DNA from: Bdellovibrio sp.
GTDB lineage: Bacteria > Bdellovibrionota > Bdellovibrionia > Bdellovibrionales > Bdellovibrionaceae
Assembly (NCBI GenBank): GCA_043756765.1
Contig: JAYUQO010000033.1
Coordinates: forward strand, 1-46,229
Direction of reading: 5' to 3'
DNA length: 46,229 bases
Numbering within the stretch: the first letter of the stretch is position 1; each line of letters opens with the position of its first letter. Position numbers and translations under genes: made by a program. Below are positions 18,139-27,552 of this stretch, one piece after another. The notes beneath the pieces were generated by a model that saw only the letters and a list, made by a program, of their open reading frames with translations, ran no database searches and was not told the DNA's origin.

Positions 18139-20439
18139 TTAATTACTTGGACAATTATAATTTAAATTAATTTTGTAGCCCACAGGCACTGCCGGTGTGA
18201 AAACCAAAGTGTTATTCTGAATCGTCGTGCTGACATTTGTTAATGATGGCACGAATGTCACATCAATCGATCCTACAGGACTACATTCTAAAGGAATCGA
18301 TGACAATGAGCTGACAATACGATCTTTGAAATAATTTAAATTTTGAGAATAATCATTTTCACAAATACTTGATGAGAAGCCATTCGTTAATTGTGATAAC
18401 TCATGATATTTAAATCCGTACTGACTTTTTGCTCCACCCGCATCTTGCTGCGCCATACAAGTTGTGTCGCCAGGGCGAACAATAATTGAATTCACTGACA
18501 AACGTTTATCTGCACCAAATTTTTGTTTTATTTTATTTACGTAATTCTGTGGAAGATCTTCAGCTTCCAAAGGAAATAATTCATTTCCGTAATGAACTCG
18601 GGTAGCATCTCCGCCGACTGATCTTACATCTTCATCAGAAATAATAATGACAGCCAAAGATGCATCATCTCTGTAACATGAATTCGATGCTGCGTATTCC
18701 GCATGCCAGAAAGCAGCTTTAATACCGCGTTCGTCATCTGAATCAGCCCATCCTGCGCCAATCGCTTCAATTGTACTGGTGAAAATACTATAAGGGTTTG
18801 TTGCTCCTGCATTCAGGATCCATTTCGGTGAACCGACATAATTCATCCAATTTCTAGAAGCTCCCCAATAAAAATATGTACCAATTTTTTGAGCTCTTGT
18901 AACTGTCGCACACATTTTCCAGTCAATTTGTGATGTCGATAAACCAGTAACAAATCCTTGTAATTTTTCAGCTAATTTTCGATTGTCTGGCAACATTGAA
19001 TTAGAATCATCAACGACTAATAATAAATCAACTTTGTTATCTGATGCTTGAACAGTTTTTGTAAAACTGACTGGGCGCACATCGCTAACCACATTAGCCA
19101 CTGTCACTTGCAGTGGTGTCGGTATTACGTAAGAATTAAATCCATTTTGGCTTGCTGTTAAATAAATAGAGTAAGTCCCAAGACCCGCTGATATAAAATT
19201 CGGTGTAGAGCTAGCTCCTGATAAACCTGGAATAGTCACTGGAGCATCATTTCTATAAACAGTCCAAGTGTATTGAATATTTGCTGGGTTACAATTTGCA
19301 GACAACATAGTTTGTGGTGACTGCGCATTAATCGTAATCGCTACAGAATCTGCATTTAAACGCGGTGAACATTGAATTGTTGTCGCATTTGTATTCGAAC
19401 CTTCAACAGTAATAATTAAAGGCTGAGCTGAACTGAAGCTTGTAAAATTATTTTTAGTTGAAGTTAAGTATATAAGATATGTTCCATCACCTTGTTGTAT
19501 AAAGTTCGGATTTGATTGAGCCCCATTTAATGATGGTAAGTTAATCAGCTGTCCATTCTTATAAACAGTCCATTCGTAAGCAACTTCTGATGGGTTACAA
19601 TTTGCTGATATCAACGGATGCGCTGATGTTCCTGATAAATTCAGACTTGTTAGTGATCCATTGATTCGCGGATTACATGAAATCACATCATTTGATTGGT
19701 TCGCTGAATTCACATTGATTGTTAATGGTGTTGATGATTCCCAATGTGCTGAACCTGTTAGTGTTGCATAAAGAGTGATCTGATATGTTCCAACACCGTA
19801 ACTTTTAATATCTGGTGTTGATTGTTCACCAATAAGACCTGGTAGGTTCATACTCACACCATCTTTAGTGACAGACCAAATATAACCTTCTGCTTGCGGA
19901 GAACAATTAGCTTTAATAGTTGGATTGTTATCGTTTGCTTCAACAATCACACTTGTAAAAGATGTATTTAGCTTTGGATCACAATTTAAATTATTAGTTA
20001 CTGATGGGCCAGGGACAATCAATTCAAGTGGTGAATCTTGAATGTAAGGTAATTTATTTCCAGAAGGATCAGTCGCAACAAGTGCAACGTAGTACACTCC
20101 TTCACCTAAAGAACGAATATCAACTTGAGTTGGGTTTTGACCAGTCAAAGATGGGATTGCTGAATTAATTGTGGTGCCATTAGCGCGAACAACAGTCCAT
20201 TCATAATTCAGTGGACTTGTGTCACAATTAGAAAAAATACTTGGACCTGAGTTACCTTGAGAATACGTGAATGTTCGAGTGCTATTATCAAACTTTGGAT
20301 CACAAGCGACTGTGTTTGCAACACCGCCAACACCTACACCTGGATCAACTTTTAAACTGTTAGATCTTGTAAATCTAACAGGAGCGCACGAAGTTAAAAT
20401 AACCATTGTCAGGCTTAAAAATAGAAGCAGAATTTTCAT
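18139..20439 (-). CDS. Surface lipoprotein with four Cys-containing Ig/PKD-like repeats and a C-terminal vWA domain
   Basis: Lipobox LTSC; four ~100-aa repeats (C-x-P ... NC ... Y-x-W-[TS]-V ... G-x-Y ... PL); VDLLLVVDDSNSM MIDAS motif, VIIISDED. Confidence 0.8.
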   Translation of the reverse strand: MKILLLFLSLTMVILTSCAPVRFTRSNSLKVDPGVGVGGVANTVACDPKFDNSTRTFTYSQGNSGPSIFSNCDTSPLNYEWTVVRANGTTINSAIPSLTGQNPTQVDIRSLGEGVYYVALVATDPSGNKLPYIQDSPLELIVPGPSVTNNLNCDPKLNTSFTSVIVEANDNNPTIKANCSPQAEGYIWSVTKDGVSMNLPGLIGEQSTPDIKSYGVGTYQITLYATLTGSAHWESSTPLTINVNSANQSNDVISCNPRINGSLTSLNLSGTSAHPLISANCNPSEVAYEWTVYKNGQLINLPSLNGAQSNPNFIQQGDGTYLIYLTSTKNNFTSFSSAQPLIITVEGSNTNATTIQCSPRLNADSVAITINAQSPQTMLSANCNPANIQYTWTVYRNDAPVTIPGLSGASSTPNFISAGLGTYSIYLTASQNGFNSYVIPTPLQVTVANVVSDVRPVSFTKTVQASDNKVDLLLVVDDSNSMLPDNRKLAEKLQGFVTGLSTSQIDWKMCATVTRAQKIGTYFYWGASRNWMNYVGSPKWILNAGATNPYSIFTSTIEAIGAGWADSDDERGIKAAFWHAEYAASNSCYRDDASLAVIIISDEDVRSVGGDATRVHYGNELFPLEAEDLPQNYVNKIKQKFGADKRLSVNSIIVRPGDTTCMAQQDAGGAKSQYGFKYHELSQLTNGFSSSICENDYSQNLNYFKDRIVSSLSSIPLECSPVGSIDVTFVPSLTNVSTTIQNNTLVFTPAVPVGYKINLNYNCPSN

Positions 20440-20589
20440 ATAAGTTCCCCTACAATCAATATCTTAAATGATTTTTTTGGAATAAGTAATAGGTCTTTAG
20501 TCTTGAACTTAAGGCTATCTATTGTGACAGCCCCGTTACAGTCATAAAATAAACAGAGGTAAGATTTTTTTAGGCTTATCGGTAGATCT

Positions 20590-21375
20590 TTGGAGGCCCC
20601 TTTGAATATTTGGTTAATTCTTATTACGTCTTTAAATATATTACTCCTTGCTGGATTAGTTCTTAGTTTATTTCTTAAAATTAAAGAAAAACAGGAAGAT
20701 CAACGGATCACCAAGGGTCTACAGCTTTTACAAAATAAATTATCAATACTTGAAGATCTCTCTGATAAAACGGATGAACAAGTCAGAAAATTGATTCATC
20801 TTTTAGATCAAAAAGCCCAAGAAGTCAGACAAGCATTAAACGCTGCTGATCAAAAAATTCATCAGCTGGATCAAACTGCACTGATAATGACAACCCCTCA
20901 ACCACAGACTCAATCTACGCATTACACTGATAAAACAAGTCTCTATGTTCAAGCAGCCAAACTAGCGAATCAGGGTTTCACAGCAGATCAAATCGCACAA
21001 CAGGTCGACCTAAGTCCTGCTGAATTAACTATGATTATCAAAGTTAACCGTGATCAACTTCAGTTTGCAGCTAATAAATTGCCGCAATGGCTTGAAGCCC
21101 GAGTTGAAAATAAAACAATGGCCGAAGATGACGATATCAACCAGTTTGCTCTGGCCATTACAAATCAAAATAATTTAAGTCAGAAAATTGCCAACACAGC
21201 ATTTGACACTATGTCACAGGATTTATCAGCCCACCAGAGTCTAACAGAAGATTTTAAAAAAACTGTTCAGCAAATGCCACAGACTTTCACTGAAACAAAA
21301 AATCAATCTTTTATAAAGGATGGCAAATTAATAAAACCTTTTGAGTTTAAAAAAATCACGTCATTGAAGTCATAA
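20590..21375 (+). CDS. DUF2802-like membrane-anchored coiled-coil protein
   Basis: N-terminal TM, coiled coil, YVQAAKLANQGFTADQIAQQVDLSPAEL HTH-like motif; TTG start uncertain. Confidence 0.65.
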   Translation: MEAPLNIWLILITSLNILLLAGLVLSLFLKIKEKQEDQRITKGLQLLQNKLSILEDLSDKTDEQVRKLIHLLDQKAQEVRQALNAADQKIHQLDQTALIMTTPQPQTQSTHYTDKTSLYVQAAKLANQGFTADQIAQQVDLSPAELTMIIKVNRDQLQFAANKLPQWLEARVENKTMAEDDDINQFALAITNQNNLSQKIANTAFDTMSQDLSAHQSLTEDFKKTVQQMPQTFTETKNQSFIKDGKLIKPFEFKKITSLKS

Positions 21376-22555
21376 AACTTTGAAGTCGGTCAATGGCTTC
21401 AACAAATCGTTTTGAATCAATTGCAAAACTTAATCTCAAATATCCAGGTGCGCCAAATTCTTCTCCTGGAACTGTCGCAACAAAGTAGTCTTCTAAATAA
21501 ATTTGACCAAATTTTTGTGATGTATCGACCAATTTTTCTTTATATTTTTTACCCAAAGCTTTTTCGACATTAATCCATAAATAAAAAGCGCCATCTGGTT
21601 TGTAGACTTTGAACTGTTTAATTTTTGATAAAGTTTCCATAGCGACCATTAATCTTTGTTTCAATAAAACATTTGTTTTTTCGATGTCTGGTTCAGCATG
21701 CAGCAGGGCTTGTTCTGCCGCTGCTTGTGCTATCGATGATGGCGCACCTGTGGCCTGTGAGGCATAATCACCTATGGCTTTAATGATTTGACTTGGTCCC
21801 ATCGCCCAACCGATTCTCCAGCCAGTCATGGCATAAGCTTTTGACCCGCCATTAATAACCACAGTTCTACTTTTTAGTTCAGGGGCTACATCTAATAAGT
21901 GAGCAGCCACTGACGTTCCATCTAACATTAATCGGTTATACATATCATCCGATATGATAACCACATCTGGATTTTTAATTAAAACTTGAGCTAAAGCTTT
22001 TAATTCTGATTTTGAATAAGCAAAACCAGTTGGGTTTGAAGGTGAACAAAATAAAAATATTTTTGTTTTTGGGTTAATCGCTTTTTCAAGTTGTACAGAG
22101 CTGATTTTAAAATTTTCACTTTCCCCGCAAGTCACAATGTGCGGGACTGCTCCTGCTAATTCAGCCATGGCTGGGTAACTGACCCAATACGGCGAATGAA
22201 TAATAACTTCTTGGCCTTGATCGCACAAAACTTGCAAAGCTGCAAAGATTGCAAATTTGGCACCACCTGTGACCGCAACTTCGTTTGCAGGATTATAATC
22301 TAAACCCAGATCAGCTTTAGTTCGTAAAGCGATGGCTTTACGAAGTTCAATTGTTCCAGATGCAGCGGTGTATTTTGTAAAACCTGTTTTGATCGCCACT
22401 ATTCCAGCTTCAGCAGCGATGGGATATGTTGGCCAATCGGGTTCACCCACTGTCAATGAAATCACATCGTGGCCTTTAGCCTGTAATTCTTTGGCCTTTG
22501 CAACAAGAGCTAACGTGGGCGATGATTTTAATGTAAGAGCTCTTTGTGACAACAT
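21356..22555 (-). CDS. aspC: PLP-dependent class I aminotransferase (aspartate aminotransferase-like)
   Basis: LTVGEPD, SPSNPTG, SDDMY, SKAYAMTGWRIG (PLP lysine), YLRLSFA. Confidence 0.88.
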   Translation of the reverse strand: MLSQRALTLKSSPTLALVAKAKELQAKGHDVISLTVGEPDWPTYPIAAEAGIVAIKTGFTKYTAASGTIELRKAIALRTKADLGLDYNPANEVAVTGGAKFAIFAALQVLCDQGQEVIIHSPYWVSYPAMAELAGAVPHIVTCGESENFKISSVQLEKAINPKTKIFLFCSPSNPTGFAYSKSELKALAQVLIKNPDVVIISDDMYNRLMLDGTSVAAHLLDVAPELKSRTVVINGGSKAYAMTGWRIGWAMGPSQIIKAIGDYASQATGAPSSIAQAAAEQALLHAEPDIEKTNVLLKQRLMVAMETLSKIKQFKVYKPDGAFYLWINVEKALGKKYKEKLVDTSQKFGQIYLEDYFVATVPGEEFGAPGYLRLSFAIDSKRFVEAIDRLQSFMTSMT

Positions 22556-22576
22556 AATAAATCCTATTTTTAGGTT

Positions 22577-23065
22577 TTAATTTTTCAAGTTTATTTTTTT
22601 AATTAAATGATCAATAACTCGGTCTGGAACTAATCCGACTAAGCGTCCGCCGTTATGTGCAACTTCTTTAACCCCACGCGATGAAATAAAATAAAATTCA
22701 GGTCGAGAAAAAATCATGAAAGTTTCTATATCCGGAGCCAATGTTTTATTCATACTGGCCAAAGTCCCTTCGTATTCGAAGTCAGCCACGGCACGCATCC
22801 CGCGAACGATCACCTGTGCATTTTTATTTTTCATGTAATCGACAGTTAAACCATGAAATGAATCGACTTCAATGTTTTTAAAATTTTTAAATTCATCTTT
22901 TAAAAACTGAATTCGTTCTTCGACATTAAATAAATATTTTTTATCCGATGATTGTGAAACTAAAATAATAACATGATCAAAAATTTTAGCAATTCGTTGA
23001 ATGATGTCAACGTGCCCTACAGTGATTGGATCAAAGCTTCCAGGGTAAACGGCTATTTTAGTCAT
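22577..23065 (-). CDS. coaD: Phosphopantetheine adenylyltransferase
   Basis: AVYPGSFDPITVGH, VRGMRAVADFEYE, FISS. Confidence 0.97.
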   Translation of the reverse strand: MTKIAVYPGSFDPITVGHVDIIQRIAKIFDHVIILVSQSSDKKYLFNVEERIQFLKDEFKNFKNIEVDSFHGLTVDYMKNKNAQVIVRGMRAVADFEYEGTLASMNKTLAPDIETFMIFSRPEFYFISSRGVKEVAHNGGRLVGLVPDRVIDHLIKKINLKN

Positions 23066-23625
23066 GCCTCATCTTGCGATGATTTTTTAAATAAAGAAAG
23101 ACTTTTGTCTCCGTAATCTTGTTTGTCATAACAAGTCAAAACGCCGTACTGCATTTCAATTTTTTCCTGCTTGATGGCCTCAATAGCAATTAGTGTTTCT
23201 GGATGAAATAATGATTGGAGCGAAAGCTCTAACATCACTCGATCTGCTAATTTCTCTGTGAACGGTGGGTCAATAAGTATTAAATCGAAGGGCTGACTTG
23301 ACGCCGACTTTATGAAAGCAAAAACATCTTTAGTGATGATCGTGTATTCCTGCGGTGAAATTTTTAAGGCCTGAATATTATCTTTAATAATTTGCACTGA
23401 TTTTATATTTTTTTCGACAAATGTAACATGCTTAGCCCCGCGGGATAAGGCCTCTAAACCCAGATTCCCTGTTCCTGCAAACAAATCCAGAACACGAGCC
23501 TCTTCAATTTGGCCCATCCACTTGTTAAATAAAGTTTCTTTAACGCGATCCATAGTCGGTCTAATATGGTCAGCTTTAAATGAAACCAAATGTCGGCCTT
23601 TATATTTTCCTGATATGATTCTCAT
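23062..23625 (-). CDS. rsmD: 16S rRNA m2G966 methyltransferase
   Basis: MRIISGKYKGR, RPTMDRVKETLFN, LDLFAGTG, EALSRGA, DPPF. Confidence 0.95.
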   Translation of the reverse strand: MRIISGKYKGRHLVSFKADHIRPTMDRVKETLFNKWMGQIEEARVLDLFAGTGNLGLEALSRGAKHVTFVEKNIKSVQIIKDNIQALKISPQEYTIITKDVFAFIKSASSQPFDLILIDPPFTEKLADRVMLELSLQSLFHPETLIAIEAIKQEKIEMQYGVLTCYDKQDYGDKSLSLFKKSSQDEA

Positions 23626-23971
23626 AAATTTGAACGATCTCACTGGTTAGTTTAAATATTTCATCAAAAGGCTTTTTAATATAAGTAATGACCTGTGGGT
23701 ATTTTGCAGCATCAAACTGCCCCTGCTGCTGGCCAGAAAAAGCTGATATAATAACAACCGGCAGTTGAGATTTCATTTCATCCAGAACATCAAAACCATT
23801 TTTTTCTGGCATCAATAAATCGAGTATCAATAAATCAATAATTTCTGTTTTTAAAAGTTCTAAAGCTTTTGTTCCGTTTTCAGCTTCGAAGACGTCATGA
23901 CCGGTGACTTTAAAAGCCCGTGCTAAAGATCTGCGTATAAGGTCTTCATCATCACATATTAATATCTTCAT
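23600..23971 (-). CDS. Single-domain response regulator (REC)
   Basis: ILICDDE, DLLMP phospho-Asp, ISA, KKPF. Confidence 0.92.
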   Translation of the reverse strand: MKILICDDEDLIRRSLARAFKVTGHDVFEAENGTKALELLKTEIIDLLILDLLMPEKNGFDVLDEMKSQLPVVIISAFSGQQQGQFDAAKYPQVITYIKKPFDEIFKLTSEIVQIYENHIRKI

Positions 23972-25725
23972 CGATTAAACCTCAGAATAAACCGTGTCCC
24001 TTGTTTGAATTGATCATCATAAATCAACTGAGAATTCATCCGCAAAGCCAATTGTTGTGAAATATATAAACCAAGCCCCGTACCGACACCAATATCTTTT
24101 GTTGTCGTAAAAGGTTGAAATAAATTTTCTTTGATCACAGCAGGTAACCCTGGCCCGTTGTCTTCGACGATAAGATCATAATATCGGTCATGAGCGTGAT
24201 CATATATTTTAATAAAACTTTTCTCGGGCAAGGCCTGACAGGCATTTTTAATTAAATTAAATAAAATTTGCTGAACATAATTAGACGAGCCACGAACAGA
24301 AACTGGTTTGATATCAGAATAAATATGGTGCGGTCTAGTGATAGCTTTTAAGAGTGGCAATGTCTTTTTAAGAACATCATCGACAAAAACAGCTTCGTCA
24401 GTGTTTTTAGCTTCTCCGCTGTAATCTAATAAATCTGATATAATACCTTGGCAGCGGCCGGTCGCTTTAAGAACTTCATTTAAATCAAGCTTCACAGTTT
24501 GTTGTGTATCTGGTAAGGAAATTAAAAATTCACTAGCTAATTTTAAGCCCGTCAGTGGATTATTTAATTCGTGGGCCAAATGATTTGCCAGCTGACCGAT
24601 CACATTCATTTTTTCATTCTGAATGACCTTTGATTTTAGCTCGTCAATTTCAGTTTGATCTGAATAAAACAAAATAGAATATTCTTTATCGATCATGAAT
24701 CGTGTCTCAGTTATTCTATATCTTCTTTGATCAACACTAACGTGATTTGATATTAATATATTATTATCTCGATCGACCACAATAACTGGGTCTTTGTGTG
24801 CTTGCACAATTTTATTCCACTTATTTAGATAATATTGTGATTGGGTTTGTAAGATATGCCTTTGTACAGCTAGACCCATAAGACTTAATCGATCAGTGAA
24901 GTAGCTATTTAGTTCTGCTTCATTAGACACAGTTTTAGTTTCTAAAAAAACACCTTGATTCAGTTTATCGCTTTGTAAAAACCAATTTTTTAATAGGCCG
25001 ACTGGTCTTTGCAGTAAATTAGCAAAATAGTTTTGAGCGGATGTGACTAGATCATCACTAATGTTGTCGACATTTCTAATATTTAAGCTGTGACCATTAA
25101 AACTGATAATAGCGTAGTCCTTCATTTTAAGCTGAATCGCATAGATAAATGTTTGAAAAGATCCCATTTTTTTAAGATCCGTCCAAATCAGACGACAAAA
25201 TGAATCTAAGAAATCAGACTTTTCATATTCGGAATTTAAAAAATCTAAAAAATAAAGTAATTTTTTTTCGCGATTTTTTTTAATATTTTCATCGTTAACA
25301 AATAATTGAATGGCCTCAGACTTTTCAGAGGACTCTCCCTGAAGAAAATGATTTAATCTTTCTAAATGACTTCTTTTTTTAAAGAAATCTTCTTTAATTT
25401 GATTCAAGTTTTTTTGCTGACGCAAAGTCGTTGCGATTTGATCAACAGACTGTTTTAAAGCTGAAATGTCATTTTGTAATATAATTTGACTAAAATTGAA
25501 CTGAGCTAAATCCGAAAGCTGAATTGTTGGACTAGCTTTGGAAAACAAAATGTTTATATTTGTTTTAATATCAGAACTGGCTTTGTAGAAATCAATATCA
25601 CCAATCCTGATATCATATTTATCGTGGATCAAATGACTTAAGTCATTTTTATGACAGAATAATTCGAAATTATGACCTGCGGGCTGCAGTATTAAGTACG
25701 TTTTTTCATCACATATTACTTTCAC
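23968..25725 (-). CDS. Cytoplasmic sensor histidine kinase (NtrB-like)
   Basis: LAHELNNPL H-box, NLIKNA N-box, DNGPG, FQPFTTTK, GTGLGL; no TM segment. Confidence 0.92.
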   Translation of the reverse strand: MKVICDEKTYLILQPAGHNFELFCHKNDLSHLIHDKYDIRIGDIDFYKASSDIKTNINILFSKASPTIQLSDLAQFNFSQIILQNDISALKQSVDQIATTLRQQKNLNQIKEDFFKKRSHLERLNHFLQGESSEKSEAIQLFVNDENIKKNREKKLLYFLDFLNSEYEKSDFLDSFCRLIWTDLKKMGSFQTFIYAIQLKMKDYAIISFNGHSLNIRNVDNISDDLVTSAQNYFANLLQRPVGLLKNWFLQSDKLNQGVFLETKTVSNEAELNSYFTDRLSLMGLAVQRHILQTQSQYYLNKWNKIVQAHKDPVIVVDRDNNILISNHVSVDQRRYRITETRFMIDKEYSILFYSDQTEIDELKSKVIQNEKMNVIGQLANHLAHELNNPLTGLKLASEFLISLPDTQQTVKLDLNEVLKATGRCQGIISDLLDYSGEAKNTDEAVFVDDVLKKTLPLLKAITRPHHIYSDIKPVSVRGSSNYVQQILFNLIKNACQALPEKSFIKIYDHAHDRYYDLIVEDNGPGLPAVIKENLFQPFTTTKDIGVGTGLGLYISQQLALRMNSQLIYDDQFKQGTRFILRFNR

Positions 25726-25734
25726 CCGATCAGA

Positions 25735-26580
25735 CTATACCATTTGGGCTGTTTTGCCAAAATAATAACTCAATTTATTCATTTCTGCTTGTGCTAATTG
25801 TGTGTGACCATTTCTAACTAACAACTTTGCATGACACTCAGAGATATCTTCATCAAAATTGTACTCTTGTAGATAAAAATTAATTTTTTCTAGTGATGAT
25901 TCAACATCTGACGGTGTTTCAGACCACGCTGCCAGATACTTAATTGCTGTTGAATTTTTTGAATTAATATCTAAAGCTTTTTGTAAATTGGCTTTACCAA
26001 GTTCTAAATCACCCATTTGTTGGTGACACAAAGCTAATGCAACCCATGCTTTATCAAAGGCTGGGTACTGATTGATAATACTTCTAAGCTGATCAAGAGC
26101 TGTGTCATATTGGCCTCTGGAAATATTAACTATAGATTCACAGTATTGTGTTTCTGCATCACTATAGTTAATATTTTTTAGCTTTAGACAAACTTCGTTT
26201 AGACCTTCAAAGTCATTTTCTAATGCATAAATATTCAGTAAACAGTGTTGAAGCTGAACAAATTGATTTTGCGCAAGCTGCGTGTTTTCCAAATCTAAAA
26301 GCAAATCAAGAGCTTGATTTCTTTCACCTGTGCTAATCAATGCATTGATATATTTCATTTGGTCATGCACATGATTGCTTTTTACTGAAATCGTTTTAAG
26401 TGTCTTGATCCATGCTATTTGATCATTCAATTTATATTGAACTTCAGACAATAAGCTTAAGAAAATAAGATCGTTTGAGAATTCATTTGAAATAGAAATC
26501 AGTTTTAAAAATGATTTTTTAAATTGTTTCTGTTTGAAAAAACGATACGCATCCTGAAAAACTAGATTTTTAGCCAGCAT
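25735..26580 (-). CDS. Tetratricopeptide repeat protein
   Basis: TPR pattern (KAWVALALCHQQMGD..LQKALDIN); likely start ATG 26580. Confidence 0.8.
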   Translation of the reverse strand: MLAKNLVFQDAYRFFKQKQFKKSFLKLISISNEFSNDLIFLSLLSEVQYKLNDQIAWIKTLKTISVKSNHVHDQMKYINALISTGERNQALDLLLDLENTQLAQNQFVQLQHCLLNIYALENDFEGLNEVCLKLKNINYSDAETQYCESIVNISRGQYDTALDQLRSIINQYPAFDKAWVALALCHQQMGDLELGKANLQKALDINSKNSTAIKYLAAWSETPSDVESSLEKINFYLQEYNFDEDISECHAKLLVRNGHTQLAQAEMNKLSYYFGKTAQMV

Positions 26581-26630
26581 CCTGCCCCCATTAAATAAAC
26601 AACACATTCTATGTTGTCATCTATTTAGAT

Positions 26631-26648
26631 TTGCAAGCGAGGTGCCAA
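26631..26648 (-). promoter_or_regulatory. sigma54 (RpoN) -24/-12 promoter
   Basis: Minus strand TTGGCACCTCGCTTGCAA matches TGGCAC-N5-TTGCA, about 50 bp upstream of the TPR gene. Confidence 0.8.
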
Positions 26649-26747
26649 CCAAAACCCTTAATATACGGGCTTTTTAGGCTAAAGTTTTCTCCGACTGTCG
26701 AATTTTTATGACTCTTCAGTCAGAGAATTGACTTAAATTACGAAAGA

Positions 26748-27152
26748 CTAGGCAACATTTGTTTTATAACCATGCATTGCTTTTTTTGCTAACCGAACAT
26801 CCTGAAGCTCTCTAATAATTTTAGATTTGGCTTCATCAATCAGCGAAAGCACTTGCATGTCTTGATCTATGATCTTTTCAACAAACATCTCTTTAACACG
26901 CATACATTCATTAAATGCTGCTTTGTCAGTTGCTGTAAACACGCCGCCAATCTCTTTATGCAGCATATGAGCACGATTAACTTCAGCGTCTATGTGTTTA
27001 AGAATTTTTAGAATGTCTTCTCTTTGATTATAAAATTTTTCAATTTTATCAAAATGGCCATTTTCTAATTCTGCGATTTGTGTTTCATTTAATGTATAAA
27101 ATTTTTCCAAAAAATGAGTTTTCTCTGTTAACAATTGGACTAAGCGAATCAT
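26748..27152 (-). CDS. Flagellar chaperone FliT/FlgN-like
   Basis: All-helical 134 aa directly after fliS; ends with GY motif. Confidence 0.6.
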   Translation of the reverse strand: MIRLVQLLTEKTHFLEKFYTLNETQIAELENGHFDKIEKFYNQREDILKILKHIDAEVNRAHMLHKEIGGVFTATDKAAFNECMRVKEMFVEKIIDQDMQVLSLIDEAKSKIIRELQDVRLAKKAMHGYKTNVA

Positions 27153-27550
27153 GCGGTTCCCCCTTTTGGTTCCGTTTCTTTTTTATATTTATCAACTGCC
27201 ACTTTCCAGCCGTCATATAGGTTCTCTATCACTTTTAAAGCATTTTTTATCGCGTCGATATCACCGGATATATTTGCTTTTGTGTATTGCTCTAATACAT
27301 AGGTGTAAAGCTGATCTAATTGCTTAGCGATTTCACCCCCAACTTTGTGGTCCAGCGAAACTTGCAGTTCCATTATGATGTCATAAGCTCTCATTAAATT
27401 TTGCCCGCGATCAGCAACTTTTTTCTGTTCGGCTGCTTGCAAAGCTAATTTTGTGAATTTTATAGCACCTTCATAAAGCATCAATAAAATTTGCTCTCGT
27501 GAAGCACTTAATATCGATGTCTCTTTATACTTTTGATATGGGTTTGCCAT
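27149..27550 (-). CDS. fliS: Flagellin export chaperone
   Basis: YQKY..TSILSAS.EQILLMLYEGAIKF, LDHKVGGEIAKQL..LYTY, W. Confidence 0.95.
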   Translation of the reverse strand: MANPYQKYKETSILSASREQILLMLYEGAIKFTKLALQAAEQKKVADRGQNLMRAYDIIMELQVSLDHKVGGEIAKQLDQLYTYVLEQYTKANISGDIDAIKNALKVIENLYDGWKVAVDKYKKETEPKGGTA

Positions 27551-27552
27551 AA

